A stretch of DNA of 64,000 nucleotides from Sedimentisphaerales bacterium (GCA_963708075.1 OY970194.1:32001-96000), one strand, 5' to 3'; numbered from the stretch's first letter, positions 20,601 to 31,560 are shown. Translations and numbers: made by a program. Notes: a model not told the origin generated them from the sequence alone.

Positions 20601-21123
20601 CAGAAGAGATGCTTCGCGAGTATGCAAGAAGGTATGATAGAGACTATCCTGAACAGGATCGGGACATTGAGGTGGAAATGAAACGACTGCTCAGGAGACA
20701 GCGATATCTCAAGCGTGACAGCCTCATCAAGATTGGGAGGTGGAAGTCTCGCCGGCCGACACATCATTACGAGAGCCCGAGGAACGATGAGATGACAGTC
20801 CGGGATGTCACGGAGTTTTCCTTTTCGACGAGGAGCGAACGTGCTAGGATAGAATCTTTGCTTGTGCTAAAAGGCGTACATTGGCGCGTAGCCTCGGCAA
20901 TCCTGCACTTTGCCTTTCCCAACAAGTACCCCATAATGGACGTTAGAGTAGTGGGGTCGTTGGTGCACTTCGGGATCATGGAGGATGGGTGCGCCGATTG
21001 ATAGACACGTTCGATTTCTGGGAGCGGTACTGTGCGACGATACGAGGGATTGCGGCCAGGTATGAGCTATCGATCAGAATGGTTGAAAAAGCTCTCTGGA
21101 AATATGACAAAGACAACTTGTAG
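20597..21123 (+). CDS. Hypothetical helix-hairpin-helix (HhH glycosylase-like) protein, frameshift near 20960-21000
   Basis: I..WKS, L.GV...VASAILHF..P..YPIMD.R; a second frame continues FDFWERYC...R.VEKALW..DKDNL*. Confidence 0.55.
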
Positions 21124-21318
21124 AAGGAAGCGTGTCAGAGGCTCTTGAGTCACAGTATCGGTTGAGTGATCTGTCGAGACTCAAGGCAAGGAGTGGTATC
21201 GTATCGGTTCGCCCGGACGAATCGTGAATCGCTGAACGGCGGCATCGCCTATTGCCTTTTCCATCTGGTCGTGCGTATACTGGAGAACAGTGGATCACGA
21301 GTGGGCAGGCGTGCGCGT

Positions 21319-21696
21319 ATGGACGTTGACAAACAAATCGAATACTGGACGACAGGTTCTGCGGAAGACCTCGCGGCGGCTGAATCGCTCATAGAGAAGG
21401 GGCACCTGAGGCACGGTCTCTTCTTCGCTCATTTGGCACTGGAGAAGATGCTCAAGGCCCACGTAACGCGGCAGACGAAGAACATGCCGCCACGAATTCA
21501 TGGTTTGGCTCGTCTTGCTGCAATGGCGGGACTGAAACTTGATGACGAGCAGATGAATGTACTTCGCGAGTTTGGGGCCTATCAGATCGAGGGTCGGTAT
21601 CCTGATGCGGAGCAACTTGAGGTCAATACCGACCTTGCTCGTGATGAGTTGTGCAAGGCCAAGGAGATGCTGGCATGGTTGAGCAGACAATTGTAG
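21319..21696 (+). CDS. HEPN domain protein
   Basis: W...S.EDL..A..L, LFF.HL..EK.LKA, P..IH.L..LA, RYPD. Confidence 0.9.
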   Translation: MDVDKQIEYWTTGSAEDLAAAESLIEKGHLRHGLFFAHLALEKMLKAHVTRQTKNMPPRIHGLARLAAMAGLKLDDEQMNVLREFGAYQIEGRYPDAEQLEVNTDLARDELCKAKEMLAWLSRQL

Positions 21697-22001
21697 CGAG
21701 TGTGCAGCGCTATCTGGCTTCTCTGCCGGCATTGGGCATCCGCGCCAACCGTGCGGTGCTGTTCGGTTCTTTTGCACGTGGCGAGGGCAGCGCAGAGAGT
21801 GATATAGATCTCGTTGTGATTGCGCCTGAATTCGATGGCAGGCGCGATGCCTCGCTTGTGAAAGCCCTTTGGAGAGCAACAATAGCGGACGACCGTATTG
21901 AGCCGATTCCGTGCGGGGAGCGGGAGTGGGAGAGCGGGGACGGACGGCCGATCCTGGAGATTGCGCGGCGGGAGGGCGTGGTGATCGAGGCCGGGCACTG
22001 A
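21675..22001 (+). CDS. Minimal nucleotidyltransferase (MNT), HEPN partner
   Basis: LFGSFARG.....SDIDL.V (GSx10DxD); overlaps the HEPN gene. Confidence 0.9.
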   Translation: MVEQTIVASVQRYLASLPALGIRANRAVLFGSFARGEGSAESDIDLVVIAPEFDGRRDASLVKALWRATIADDRIEPIPCGEREWESGDGRPILEIARREGVVIEAGH

Positions 22002-22058
22002 AAAGGCCGGTCGGTTATAGGGGACGGGTTTCGGCTTCCACGGGTTCAGATTCCTCTG

Positions 22059-22087
22059 TTGCAAGAAGCGGGGGACAACCCTATAAT
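22059..22087 (+). promoter_or_regulatory. Sigma70-type promoter
   Basis: TTGCAA-N17-TATAAT ~50 nt upstream of the 22137 ORF. Confidence 0.7.
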
Positions 22088-22136
22088 GACATGTCACGAG
22101 GGCGCGTTCGCCCGTTTTCTTTGAAGGGAGACTACG

Positions 22137-24443
22137 ATGGTTCGATCATACCGGGTTGGTTGTGCGTGTGTCGCTCTGTTGCTTGTTGTGGGCTTTGCGC
22201 GGGTGCCGACCGCTGTGGGCGGGCCGGCTATCGAAGACCTGACGAAGCGACTGCCGGACAATGTCATTGGCCTCGTGGCCACCAGCGGCGGCGATGCTCT
22301 GAAAGAAGACTTTGGAAAGACCGCCCCGGGCAGGATCTGGAACGATCAGGGTGTGCAGAGCTTCTATCGCTCGATCAAGACCGAGCTACTCGGCCAGCTC
22401 AAGCAGAAGGCCGAGGACCCGAATATCTCGCAGAAGGTGGACATGGCGATTCGCTACGCCCGATTGGTTCTGAGCCGGCCGCTTATCCTTGGCGTCTCGC
22501 AGGTGGAGGTGAAGGAGGGACCTCCTGTCTGTGGTTTTGCCATTGTGAACGCGGGGCCTCGCAAGGCGGAATTGACTGCCGCTCTGACCAAACTAGAGGC
22601 GATGGCGGGTGAGGGTGAGATTGTTGATACCCAGGTCGGCTCGCTCAAGATGCGCGGTTCCAAAGAGCAGGGGGATATGCCTCTGTATTGGGGCTGGGTG
22701 GAAGACTATCTGGTGATTGTCGCCAACGATGCACAGGGCACGGTGGCCAGGTACCTGGTCTCGCCGAGAGCGGCAGCGAGTGCCGCGTTCGGCAAGGTGC
22801 CAGGGGGCAATGATGCCCTGGTAGCGTACTGCAACTACACCAAAGCTGGGGCACTGATCAGCACGCTGGTTCAGGAGGAAGGCGGCGCCGAGGAAGCGGG
22901 CATACTTACAGCCGTCACGAAATCACTCGGTTTTAACGGGATCAGGGCGCTGGCGGTGCGAGTCGGTTTTGTCGGGCCCGATGTGGTGGGCGATGCGTTG
23001 GTGGAGATGGCCACGCCGCCCACGGGGGTGTTCGCGATCTACAAGCCGGTGGATCCATCGTGGCTTGCCGCCGTGGATACGCGGGCCGTGGCCGTCACCG
23101 CAGTCAACACCGATATCGCGGGCTTGTACGACATGCTCATCAATACCGTGAAAACGGCTTCTCCCGACGAGGGCTATCCTGAGATCCAGAAAGGCATTGC
23201 GGCCTTCGAGTCCACGGCCAAGGTCCAGATTCGCGACGGTCTTCTGAACTCGCTGGCCGGGCCGGCAGTGTTCTATACGCTTCCCGCCGGCGCGATGCCC
23301 GAGGCGCCGAGGGGAGGATTCGTAGTTGTCGCCAAGCTGAAGGAGGCCCAGCAATTCGAGAAGGCAATGACAGCCCTTGGTGACTTCGCGGGCGCGAAGA
23401 GCCAGGGCATGCTGCAGATCAGCTCGCAGACCCGCGACGATGGGCGGGTCGTGCATGCTTGGACGGTGGCGCCGCTTGCCATGATGAGCATCATGCCGAC
23501 CTGGTCGGTCGCGAACGATCACGTTGTCATCGGCTCCAACAGGGAACTGTGTGACATGGGCGTCAAGCAGCTTGTATCGAAGGGTCCGGACACAAAATCG
23601 CTCTTGGACACCGACGGCTACAAGAAAGCCGCGGCGGGGCTGCCCAAGGGCCTCGTGAGCCTGGTCTACACGGATTCGCGGGTCCAATTGGACCAGACGA
23701 TGATGCAGCTTCAGCAGGTCTGGCCCATGCTGACCATGGCCGCCATGCAGGAGGGCGTCAAGCTGCCCGTCATGCTGCCATCGATAACGGAGATTTCCAA
23801 GGATTTGAGTCCATCCTGCGGCTACTGGTACGTCAGTCCCGAGGGGCTTCGCTGGCATTACCGCGGATCGGGCATCGAACCCAGCCAGATGTCGGTGGGC
23901 GGTGCTGCCCTGGGCGTGGGAATCCTGATGCCGGCGCTGGCGCGGGTCCGGCAATTGTCCTATCGCATGACCTCCGGGACGAATCTCTCAAGCATTGGCA
24001 AGGCATGTCTGATCTATGCCAATGACTACGACGATAAGCTGCCGCCGGACCTGCAAACGCTTGTCGATAAGGCGGAACTGCCCTCAGAGTGTCTGGAGTC
24101 AAAACGTAAGCCGAAAGGCTTCGATGGGCCCAGTTACATCTACATTCCCGGTCAAACCATCGCGATGTACCCCGGCAGCATCGTCGCATATGAAAACCCT
24201 GCCTTTTGTCAGGACGGCATAAATGTCCTGTTCCTGGACTCGCACGTCGAGTTCATGAAGCCGGAGGCCTTCCGGCGCGAGTTGGAGGAAACCTGCAAAA
24301 GACTCGGCAGACCGATGCCCGAGGTCAGATTCAAAGACGAGGTGAAGGTCAAGCCGCCGGCGCCGAAGCCCGTGGAACCGTCACACGTGCAGGGGAGTCA
24401 ACCGACCCCGATGACTGGGGGCGCGACTTCGTGTCTGAGTTGA
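22137..24443 (+). CDS. Exported planctomycete-type protein with C-terminal DUF1559/H-X9-DG-like domain
   Basis: Signal peptide; ILMPALARVR...NL..IG.A...YA.D; GINVLFLDSHV. Confidence 0.75.
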   Translation: MVRSYRVGCACVALLLVVGFARVPTAVGGPAIEDLTKRLPDNVIGLVATSGGDALKEDFGKTAPGRIWNDQGVQSFYRSIKTELLGQLKQKAEDPNISQKVDMAIRYARLVLSRPLILGVSQVEVKEGPPVCGFAIVNAGPRKAELTAALTKLEAMAGEGEIVDTQVGSLKMRGSKEQGDMPLYWGWVEDYLVIVANDAQGTVARYLVSPRAAASAAFGKVPGGNDALVAYCNYTKAGALISTLVQEEGGAEEAGILTAVTKSLGFNGIRALAVRVGFVGPDVVGDALVEMATPPTGVFAIYKPVDPSWLAAVDTRAVAVTAVNTDIAGLYDMLINTVKTASPDEGYPEIQKGIAAFESTAKVQIRDGLLNSLAGPAVFYTLPAGAMPEAPRGGFVVVAKLKEAQQFEKAMTALGDFAGAKSQGMLQISSQTRDDGRVVHAWTVAPLAMMSIMPTWSVANDHVVIGSNRELCDMGVKQLVSKGPDTKSLLDTDGYKKAAAGLPKGLVSLVYTDSRVQLDQTMMQLQQVWPMLTMAAMQEGVKLPVMLPSITEISKDLSPSCGYWYVSPEGLRWHYRGSGIEPSQMSVGGAALGVGILMPALARVRQLSYRMTSGTNLSSIGKACLIYANDYDDKLPPDLQTLVDKAELPSECLESKRKPKGFDGPSYIYIPGQTIAMYPGSIVAYENPAFCQDGINVLFLDSHVEFMKPEAFRRELEETCKRLGRPMPEVRFKDEVKVKPPAPKPVEPSHVQGSQPTPMTGGATSCLS

Positions 24444-24723
24444 AGCCCAACAGCGGCAAGCTGTTTGTGGTCAGGGGCCTTGGCCGGGATGGAAGACGGG
24501 GCGGATCAGGCTATGATGCGGACGTTCCTCCCACCGACCCACCCATTCGTCCAATGGATTGGCCGACCGAATAGACTGCCTCGATATGATGGCTTCCACA
24601 CAGCGGAGCACCATCGGCAAGCTCCGCAGGCTACGCTTACCGCTGCCACCCGCACAGTCTTGTCGTACACCCCCGTGGGGATGCGGTCGGAATACAGTGG
24701 CGGCGTGCAGCGCGGACCACGCC

Positions 24724-24938
24724 TCTTTCGTCCCTCACGGGACTGGCTTCTATCCTTGGCCCAGGTTCCCCAGCGATAAATCGCTGGGCTATTCTCTATC
24801 GCCCCGCGGGCTTGGACGGCGCCCCAGTCCTCTTGCGTCGGCCCATCCGCCCCACAGGGGCGATCGACAATAGCCCACCGTTTCAACGGTGGGTACCGGT
24901 AGCCCATCACATCCCAAAGCCCCGCAGGGGCGAAAGAA
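24724..24938. repeat. Two inverted multi-hairpin palindromic repeat units (REP/MITE-like)
   Basis: TCTTTCGTCCCTCACGGGAC..CCCAGCGATAAATCGCTGGGCTATT..TCGCCCCGCGGGCT facing GCCCCACAGGGGCGA..AATAGCCCACCGTTTCAACGGTGGG..AGCCCCGCAGGGGCGAAAGA. Confidence 0.7.
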
Positions 24939-25026
24939 GACTGCGGTGCGCTCTTCTGTCGGGCGGAATCCGAACCCGCCACCGAATGCCGGCCGCATCC
25001 CCCGTGGAGGATCGGTCGAAAAGACG

Positions 25027-25055
25027 TTGAAAACTGACAGCGGGTTTGGTATGCT
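25027..25055 (+). promoter_or_regulatory. Sigma70-type promoter of rpmH
   Basis: TTGAAA-N17-TATGCT with extended -10 TG. Confidence 0.65.
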
Positions 25056-25156
25056 CTGGAGCTTTGTCGTGCATAGGGTGCAATAGGTGTTGCGTGGTGC
25101 CGGATGCGTCGTGCATGAGGCGCGACGCGGTGTATGAGAGAAGACGAAAGGAAAGT

Positions 25157-25312
25157 ATGGTAGAGAACTATCGCAATAGCAATCGGAAGAAGAAAAGAAG
25201 CCAGGGATTTCGCAGTCGCAGGCAGACCAAGGGCGGGCGCCAGGTGATAAACCGGCAGCGTGCCCTGAAATCGGGCCACAAGAAGCGTAAGCCGGGGACT
25301 CATAAAGCCTGA
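25157..25312 (+). CDS. rpmH: 50S ribosomal protein bL34 (divergent)
   Basis: 51 aa basic protein, SNRKKKRSQGFRSRRQTKGGRQVINRQR, matching the L34 pattern K.R.HGFR.RM.T..GR.V..RRR; AGGA RBS. Confidence 0.8.
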   Translation: MVENYRNSNRKKKRSQGFRSRRQTKGGRQVINRQRALKSGHKKRKPGTHKA

Positions 25313-25360
25313 TCCGCTGTGATAGACCATCATCAAAATCCATTGGAGGAGCGATTGCCC

Positions 25361-26590
25361 ATGCAGCCTTCAAAAAGAGCCCTGGTCATCCTTTCCACTG
25401 TTCTGGCCGGGGTTTCCGCCGTACAAGCAGCGGTTTGGCCGCAGTTCCGGGCGCCCGGCCGCGATGGAACGTCGGCCGAAACGGGGCTGATGAAGCAGTG
25501 GCCGGATGGCGGGCCGGCGGAGCTATGGTCCTGCGGGGGGCTGGGGACGGGGTACTCCTCGGTCGCCGCCGCGGATGGCGTGGTTTACACATGCGGGATG
25601 ATCGAGGGCCAAGGCTATTTATTTGCCGTCGATCCTCAGGGCAAGGTCAAATACAAGGTCAATTATGGCCCGGAATGGGATAAGGCGGGAAACTCCCCGG
25701 GCACCCGTACGACCCCGACAATCGACGGCGACCGCCTGTTCATCATGAGCGGGCAAGGTCGCATCGCCTGCTACAACGCCGCCGACGGCAAGCGGATCTG
25801 GTACGTGGATACCTTGGAGAAGTTCGGCGGCCGGAATATCCGCTGGGGGATCGCCGAATCCGTGCTGATCGACGGCGAGAAGGCTATTTGCACGCCGGGC
25901 GGCAAGGATGCGACGGTGGTCGCCCTCAACAAGACGACCGGCGAGACCCTCTGGACCTCCAAGGGGCTCAGCCAACTTTCCGCTTACTGCTCGCCCATGC
26001 TCGTGGAGCGAGGAGGAAAACGCCTCATTCTCACCCTGGTGGAGAAGGCCTTCACCGGCATCGACGCAAACACGGGGCAGGTGTACTGGACGATTCCTCA
26101 CCAGGTCAGCTATGACATCCAGGCCGTCAGTCCGCTCCACAAGGACGGCATGGTATTCGTCAGCAACGGCTATCGGCATGGCAGCGTCGGCTTTGCTCTC
26201 TCGGCTGACGGGACGCGTGCGGAACAGAAGTGGACGGAGAAGTCCCTGGACATCCATCACGGCGGGGCGGTTCTCGTGGATGGGAAAGTTCATGGGTCCA
26301 GCACGAAGGGGGAGTGGATCTGCCTCGATCTGGCGACCGGCAAAGTGGCGTTCTCAGACAAGCTCGTCGGCAAGGGCTCGGTGATCTACGTGGATGGGAT
26401 GCTCTACGGCTACGGCGAGAACGGCAAGGTCGGGCTGATCAAGATCAAGCCGGACGGCTATGAGCTGGCCGGCTCGTTCCAGATCAAAAAGGGAGGCGGC
26501 GAGCACTGGGCCCATCCCGCGATCAGCGACGGACGCCTCTACATCCGCCACGGTGATGTCCTGATGTGTTACGACATCGAGGCCAAGTAG
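25361..26590 (+). CDS. PQQ-like beta-propeller repeat protein (BamB-like), secreted
   Basis: Signal peptide, WPQFR...R.G.S.ETGL...WP..GP..LW, G.GYSS, repeated D..TG...W, WAHP.I.DGRLY.R. Confidence 0.88.
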   Translation: MQPSKRALVILSTVLAGVSAVQAAVWPQFRAPGRDGTSAETGLMKQWPDGGPAELWSCGGLGTGYSSVAAADGVVYTCGMIEGQGYLFAVDPQGKVKYKVNYGPEWDKAGNSPGTRTTPTIDGDRLFIMSGQGRIACYNAADGKRIWYVDTLEKFGGRNIRWGIAESVLIDGEKAICTPGGKDATVVALNKTTGETLWTSKGLSQLSAYCSPMLVERGGKRLILTLVEKAFTGIDANTGQVYWTIPHQVSYDIQAVSPLHKDGMVFVSNGYRHGSVGFALSADGTRAEQKWTEKSLDIHHGGAVLVDGKVHGSSTKGEWICLDLATGKVAFSDKLVGKGSVIYVDGMLYGYGENGKVGLIKIKPDGYELAGSFQIKKGGGEHWAHPAISDGRLYIRHGDVLMCYDIEAK

Positions 26591-26607
26591 GCCACACGAT
26601 GCCGTAA

Positions 26608-28876
26608 TCAACTTTTCCTCTCGCCGGCCGTCGTCTGCGTTTGCAGAAGGGCGACGATATCGCTGATGCGGCTTTGCGCGAGCACAGATCGGGCGAGGGA
26701 TTGCGCGTAGCCCAGCGATGTTGTCGTGATCACCTGCTGAGTCCGCAGCAGGTAGATCGGGTCCACGCTGAAAGCCCGCACGCCAATGCCGAGCAGGAAG
26801 GGGATATACTCCGGCTGATGGGCCATATCGCCACAGATGGAGACCTCTCGGCCGTGCTCGACAACACCATGTACGATTCTGTTCAGGGCGCGGAGCACGG
26901 CAGGATGGTGCGGCAGGTAGAAATCCGCCACGCTCTCATTGGTCCGGTCCACGCCCAGCATGAACTGAATGAAATCGTTTGTGCCAATCGAGAAGAACTC
27001 CACCTCACGCGCAAAGTCACTGATGAGATCAATCACGGATGGCAGCTCCACCATCATCCCGAGCCTCGGCTTCTCGTGATGCTCGATGCCCTGTTTTTCG
27101 AGTTGTTCGATGGCCTCAGAAACGGCCTCACGGGCCTGCTGGAACTCGTCCACGGATGAGATCATCGGGAACATGATGCGCAGGTCGGCGCCGACGCCGG
27201 CTCGCAGAATGGCCCGGAGCTGCTCAAGGAAGATCGTCTTATTGCGGAGCGAGAAGCGGATGGATCGCATGCCCAGCGCCGGGTTCTGTTCCTGGATGTC
27301 GTGATAGTAGGACAGGATCTTGTCGCCGCCGGCGTCAAGCGTGCGGAAGGTCACGGGCTTGTCCTGCATGGCCTCGACGAGCTTGCGATAAATGATGTAC
27401 TGCTCCGCTTCCGTGGGGAACGTCGTTCGGATGAGGAACGGGAATTCGGTGCGGTAGAGGCCCACGCCGTCGCAGTTGAGCTCGCAGGCCACTCTCAGAT
27501 CGGACAGCAAGTTGATGTTGGCCATAAGCTGCACGCGGTAGCCATCGGTGGTCGCCGAGAAGGGCTTCATCATGCGTTTCTGCTCGTCCAACGTCAAGCG
27601 GGCCCTCTGCTGGGCCCCGAATCGCTCCAGGATGCTGTCGTCCGGGTCGATGAAGACGTTGCCCACCTCCGCATCGACCAGGACCGGCGTACCGTCGGGC
27701 AGGTCGAGCAGCTCATGGGTGTTCACAATGACCATGGGTACATCGAGCGAGCGGGCCAGGATCGAGATGTGCGCGGTGACGCCGCCGCCGACGAGGACGA
27801 TCGCTTTGGCGCCTTCGGAGGAGAGCTTGAGCAGGTCGGAAGGGAACAGCCCCTGGGTGATAATGATATGGTCCTTATAGACGCTCACCTCCTCGCCCTC
27901 CCTGACGAGATTGTTGATGAGCCGCACGGCCAGGTCCTCGATGTCGTTGATCTTCTCCCGCATGTACGCGTTGTTGCTGGCGAGGAAGCCTCTCATGTAG
28001 TCTGCTGCCACGCCGGCGACCGCCGCCGGAGCATTCACGCCGCTTTCGATCCGCTCCGTAATTTTACCAATGAACTCCTTGTCTTTGAGGATCATCAGAT
28101 GGGCGGCAAAAATCAGCGAGGCGGCGTCGGAGAGCTTGTGCTCCACCTGCTCCTGCAGCTCTTCAAGCTGGCTCTCTGTGGCGGCCACGGCATGGCGGAA
28201 ATCCTCCAGCGTGCAGGTCTTGCCAGTGTCATGGTGCAGGAAGAGCGTCAGGGTGTTCTCCCTGGCGAGGATCATGCTCGGGGCGTAGGCGAACCCCTCG
28301 GAGGCTGCTTTGCCTTTGATGAACCGGAGCTCGTCCGGCACGCTTTTGACGATTTCCCGATGCGGCTCGTGCATGCCGAGGAGAAACTGAGCATTCTCGA
28401 TGATGTTGGCCAACTGGGAAGCGACCGTCTCGAGGGCGGTGATGTCCTCGGCGCAGAAGCTCTGCCCGGTACTGCGCTGGAGGACGAGGACGCCCAACCT
28501 GGAGACGCCCCGCGTGATGGGCACGGCCAGAAAGGCGTCGTAGCGCTCTTCAAAGATCCCTGGAAAATACTTGTAGTTGGGGTTGTGGCTGGCATCGGTT
28601 CCGCAGACCGGGCGCATCTCCTTCAGTGCCAGCCCGGTAAGCCCCTGGCCCAGTTTCAGCCGTACCCGGCCGACAGATTCCGGGTTCAGGCCCTTGGTGG
28701 CCCGGAGAACCAGTTCCTGCTCCTGCGGGTCGTAGAGGTAAATCGAGCAGACGGCCGACCCCGTGCGCTGGGCCACCATCTCGACCGCCTTGTCCAGAAG
28801 GGTTCTCAATGCTGGCGCTATCCCGGAAGAGATGGTTCAACTCACTGATATCGTATTGCAGTTGCTCACTATCCAC
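26608..28876 (-). CDS. ptsP: GAF-domain phosphoenolpyruvate-protein phosphotransferase (EI-Ntr), frameshift near 28801
   Basis: N-terminal GAF (CSIYL.D...LVLRAT.GL...GLTG); GG.TAH..ILARS phospho-His, GVGLYRTEF, RTLD.GGDK, NPALG.R.IR, SIGTND..Q, ICGDMA. Confidence 0.92.
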
Positions 28877-29056
28877 GAATTCACCGCCGTTCTTACGGAA
28901 TCCATGCAATCACACCACACCATCTACCAATGTCTACTCGGTGCCGGCAGGGTCTGTTCATGACGGAGCATGGCAGTGACTGTCGCCGTCTGGCATTCCT
29001 GCCGACCCGATGCAGACAGAGTAAGAAGAGGCCGCATTCGGTGCAAGGACAATCAC

Positions 29057-29550
29057 TCAATTCGCATCGGGTCGCTGCTCTCGCTCCACAATGAACGTGA
29101 TATCGTAGTCCGGCTCCGGCCGGCCTCCCGGGCTCCGGGCTCGTTCCTGACCGTTGTTATCTCTCAGGTCTCTGCCGATGCTGTAGACGACGTAGCCTTT
29201 CTTAAGTCTTCTGTATCGAATCGCCTGGCCGTCGAATGGGTCCTGCGGCACCTGCACCAGGTATCTCGGCACGAGATCCGTGAGTTGGGTGGGCAGTCCG
29301 CGGTTCGTATCCGGCAAGCCAGCCAGAATGTGCCCGTCTTGTCCCGGGCTACGGAGGGGGCCCCGGCCCACCATTCCGGCTTGTCCCGATCAGGTTCCAG
29401 GATGACCTCGCACTCGCGGAATCCGGCTGGAATGCGGCCAAAATCGCCTTCCAAGCTCCGTGGGGCACCTTGGATGCCCCAGCCGTAAGTGCTGCACAGA
29501 GAGCAACATACGAGCAACAGCACGAGGGTGGCAGTGCAATTTGGGTGCAT
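29057..29550 (-). pseudogene. Chimeric remnant: N-terminus of a secreted hydrolase-like gene joined out of frame to the C-terminus of a GspG-like-tail protein
   Basis: Signal peptide plus WWAGAPSV.RD..G.FWLACR.R in one frame; LP..L.DLVP.YL..VP.DPF.G....Y......VYSIG.D..DN.G in another; junction near 29295. Confidence 0.55.
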
Positions 29551-29866
29551 GTCCACGTTATCTCTCCTCAACAGACCGAAATACGTGATTGCGGCCAGGG
29601 AGGATTATACCGCACATTGGCCGTCTGTGAACCGGCAGGTGCCTGAAGCGGGGCAGATCAGTGTCAGGGATCAGTGACTTCCTCCGGCCGGTGCAATAGA
29701 ATAGGCCGCCAATGCGTCCATCTATTGCATCCACGGGACGATGGCGGGAGAGCGGAAATGTTATGGCTTTTTCTCCGGAAGGTGGGACAATAAAGGAGTG
29801 TGTGGAGAGCGGGTGTGGCCGCTCCAGGATAGGGGTAAAGCGTCGTTTTTCTTGAGAGGGTTGTCT

Positions 29867-31489
29867 ATGCGAAGGAGAGTGTTGGTCGTCTGTGCAGTCG
29901 CGGTCGTCACGGCTCTTGTCTCGCCTGTCTGGTCGGCCGCCGAACATCCGCGCAACGTGATTCTCATCGGCTGGGACGGGGCCCAGAGGGAGCACGTGGA
30001 TCAGTGCCTCGGTCGAAACGAGCTGCCCAACCTCAAAAAGCTGATCGATCAGGGCAAGTACGTCAAGATCGACGTGGAAGGGACTACGGATACGAAGGCC
30101 GGCTGGTCTCAGATCCTCACTGGGTACTACCCCGAAGTCACGGGCGTGTACAGCAACGGCAGGTACCAGCCTGTCCCGAAGGGACTGAGCGTCTTTGAAC
30201 GCCTGGAGAAGCAGTTCGGGACGGACGACTTCGTCACCGTGGCGGTCATCGGCAAGAAACAGCACTGCGGCGAGATCGATCCTCCCAAGAAGATCCGGCT
30301 GGATGAGGAGCAGAAACAACAGGCCAACAACGGAGAAAATCAAAATCAAAAGAAGAAGGCCGCCAAGAAGAAGAACCAGCAGCCGGGCGCCGGCAAGAAA
30401 CCCGCAGGCAAGATTGTTGAAGAGAACGGCGTGAAGTATCGCGTCACCCCCGGCTCACCGTACTATGAGATGCACAACGCGCTGGAAGTCTGGGAATTCG
30501 GACTGATGGAGGACCAGAAGGTCGGCACGCGAGCGATCGAGCTCCTGGACAAGTACAAGGACAAGCCCTTCGTTTTCTTCGTGCACTTTGCAGAAGTGGA
30601 CCATGCCGGCCACAAGAACGGCGAGAACTCCAGGGAATACAACGACGCCTTGATCTCCAACGATCTTTGGACCGGCAAGATCATGGACAAGATCAGAGAG
30701 CTGGGGCTGGCCGACAAGACTCAGGTCTATGTGACGGCCGATCATGGCTTCGATGAGGATGGGAAGACCCACAAATTTGCGCCATATGTGTTCCTGGCTA
30801 CGAACAACAAGGCTGTTGCCCGCGATGGGCGACGGCAGGACGTTACCCCGACGATTCTTGAAGCGTTTGGGGCGGACTTTGCTGCCATGCAGCCTCGCCT
30901 GGATGGTATTTCGCTGACGAAAGCGGACAGCCGCGCCGCCGCGAAACTCGGTCCGGCCAAACCTGCGCAGGCAGCGCCGAAACCGCAAGAGCCCCCGAAG
31001 AGGCCGGACGTCGTATATGTCCCCACGCCCCAGGAAGTCGTCGATAAGATGCTGGAGATGGCCCAGGTGACCAAAGACGACCTGGTGTATGATCTGGGTT
31101 GCGGGGACGGCCGGATCGTAGTCACTGCGGCCAAGAATTATGGCTGCAAGGCATTTGGTTTCGACGTGGACCCGCGACGCATCAAGGACTCCAACGAGAA
31201 CGTCCAGAAGAGTGGCGTCGGCGACCTGGTCACCATCGTGCAGAAGGACATCTTTACACTGGACCTGAGCAAGGTGAACGTCGTCACGCTGTACCTGCTG
31301 CCGAGCCTGAACGTGAAGCTGATCCCGCAGTTGGAGAGACTCAAACCCGGCTCCAGGATCGTCTCGCACGACTTTGATATGCGGGGCGTCAAGCCCGATC
31401 AGGTCGTCGAGGTGACCTCCGCGAACGGCGCCGAGCACACGGTCTACCTCTGGACCACCCCCCTGAAGAAAGAGCTGCAAACAGAGTGA
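29867..31489 (+). CDS. Secreted alkaline-phosphatase/NPP-superfamily domain fused to a class I SAM-dependent methyltransferase
   Basis: Signal peptide; ILIGWDG, T...W..ILTG, VHF.EVDHAGH, TADHG; Pro/Ala linker; PDV.YVPTP..VV..ML, YDLGCGDGRI, LYLLP.LN, RIVSHDF. Confidence 0.85.
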   Translation: MRRRVLVVCAVAVVTALVSPVWSAAEHPRNVILIGWDGAQREHVDQCLGRNELPNLKKLIDQGKYVKIDVEGTTDTKAGWSQILTGYYPEVTGVYSNGRYQPVPKGLSVFERLEKQFGTDDFVTVAVIGKKQHCGEIDPPKKIRLDEEQKQQANNGENQNQKKKAAKKKNQQPGAGKKPAGKIVEENGVKYRVTPGSPYYEMHNALEVWEFGLMEDQKVGTRAIELLDKYKDKPFVFFVHFAEVDHAGHKNGENSREYNDALISNDLWTGKIMDKIRELGLADKTQVYVTADHGFDEDGKTHKFAPYVFLATNNKAVARDGRRQDVTPTILEAFGADFAAMQPRLDGISLTKADSRAAAKLGPAKPAQAAPKPQEPPKRPDVVYVPTPQEVVDKMLEMAQVTKDDLVYDLGCGDGRIVVTAAKNYGCKAFGFDVDPRRIKDSNENVQKSGVGDLVTIVQKDIFTLDLSKVNVVTLYLLPSLNVKLIPQLERLKPGSRIVSHDFDMRGVKPDQVVEVTSANGAEHTVYLWTTPLKKELQTE

Positions 31490-31560
31490 TTAAACTGTCG
31501 CCGGTCTGCATTGTGGCGACTGAGCGATACATAGGGATTTCGGAAAGGATTGGGATTGCT

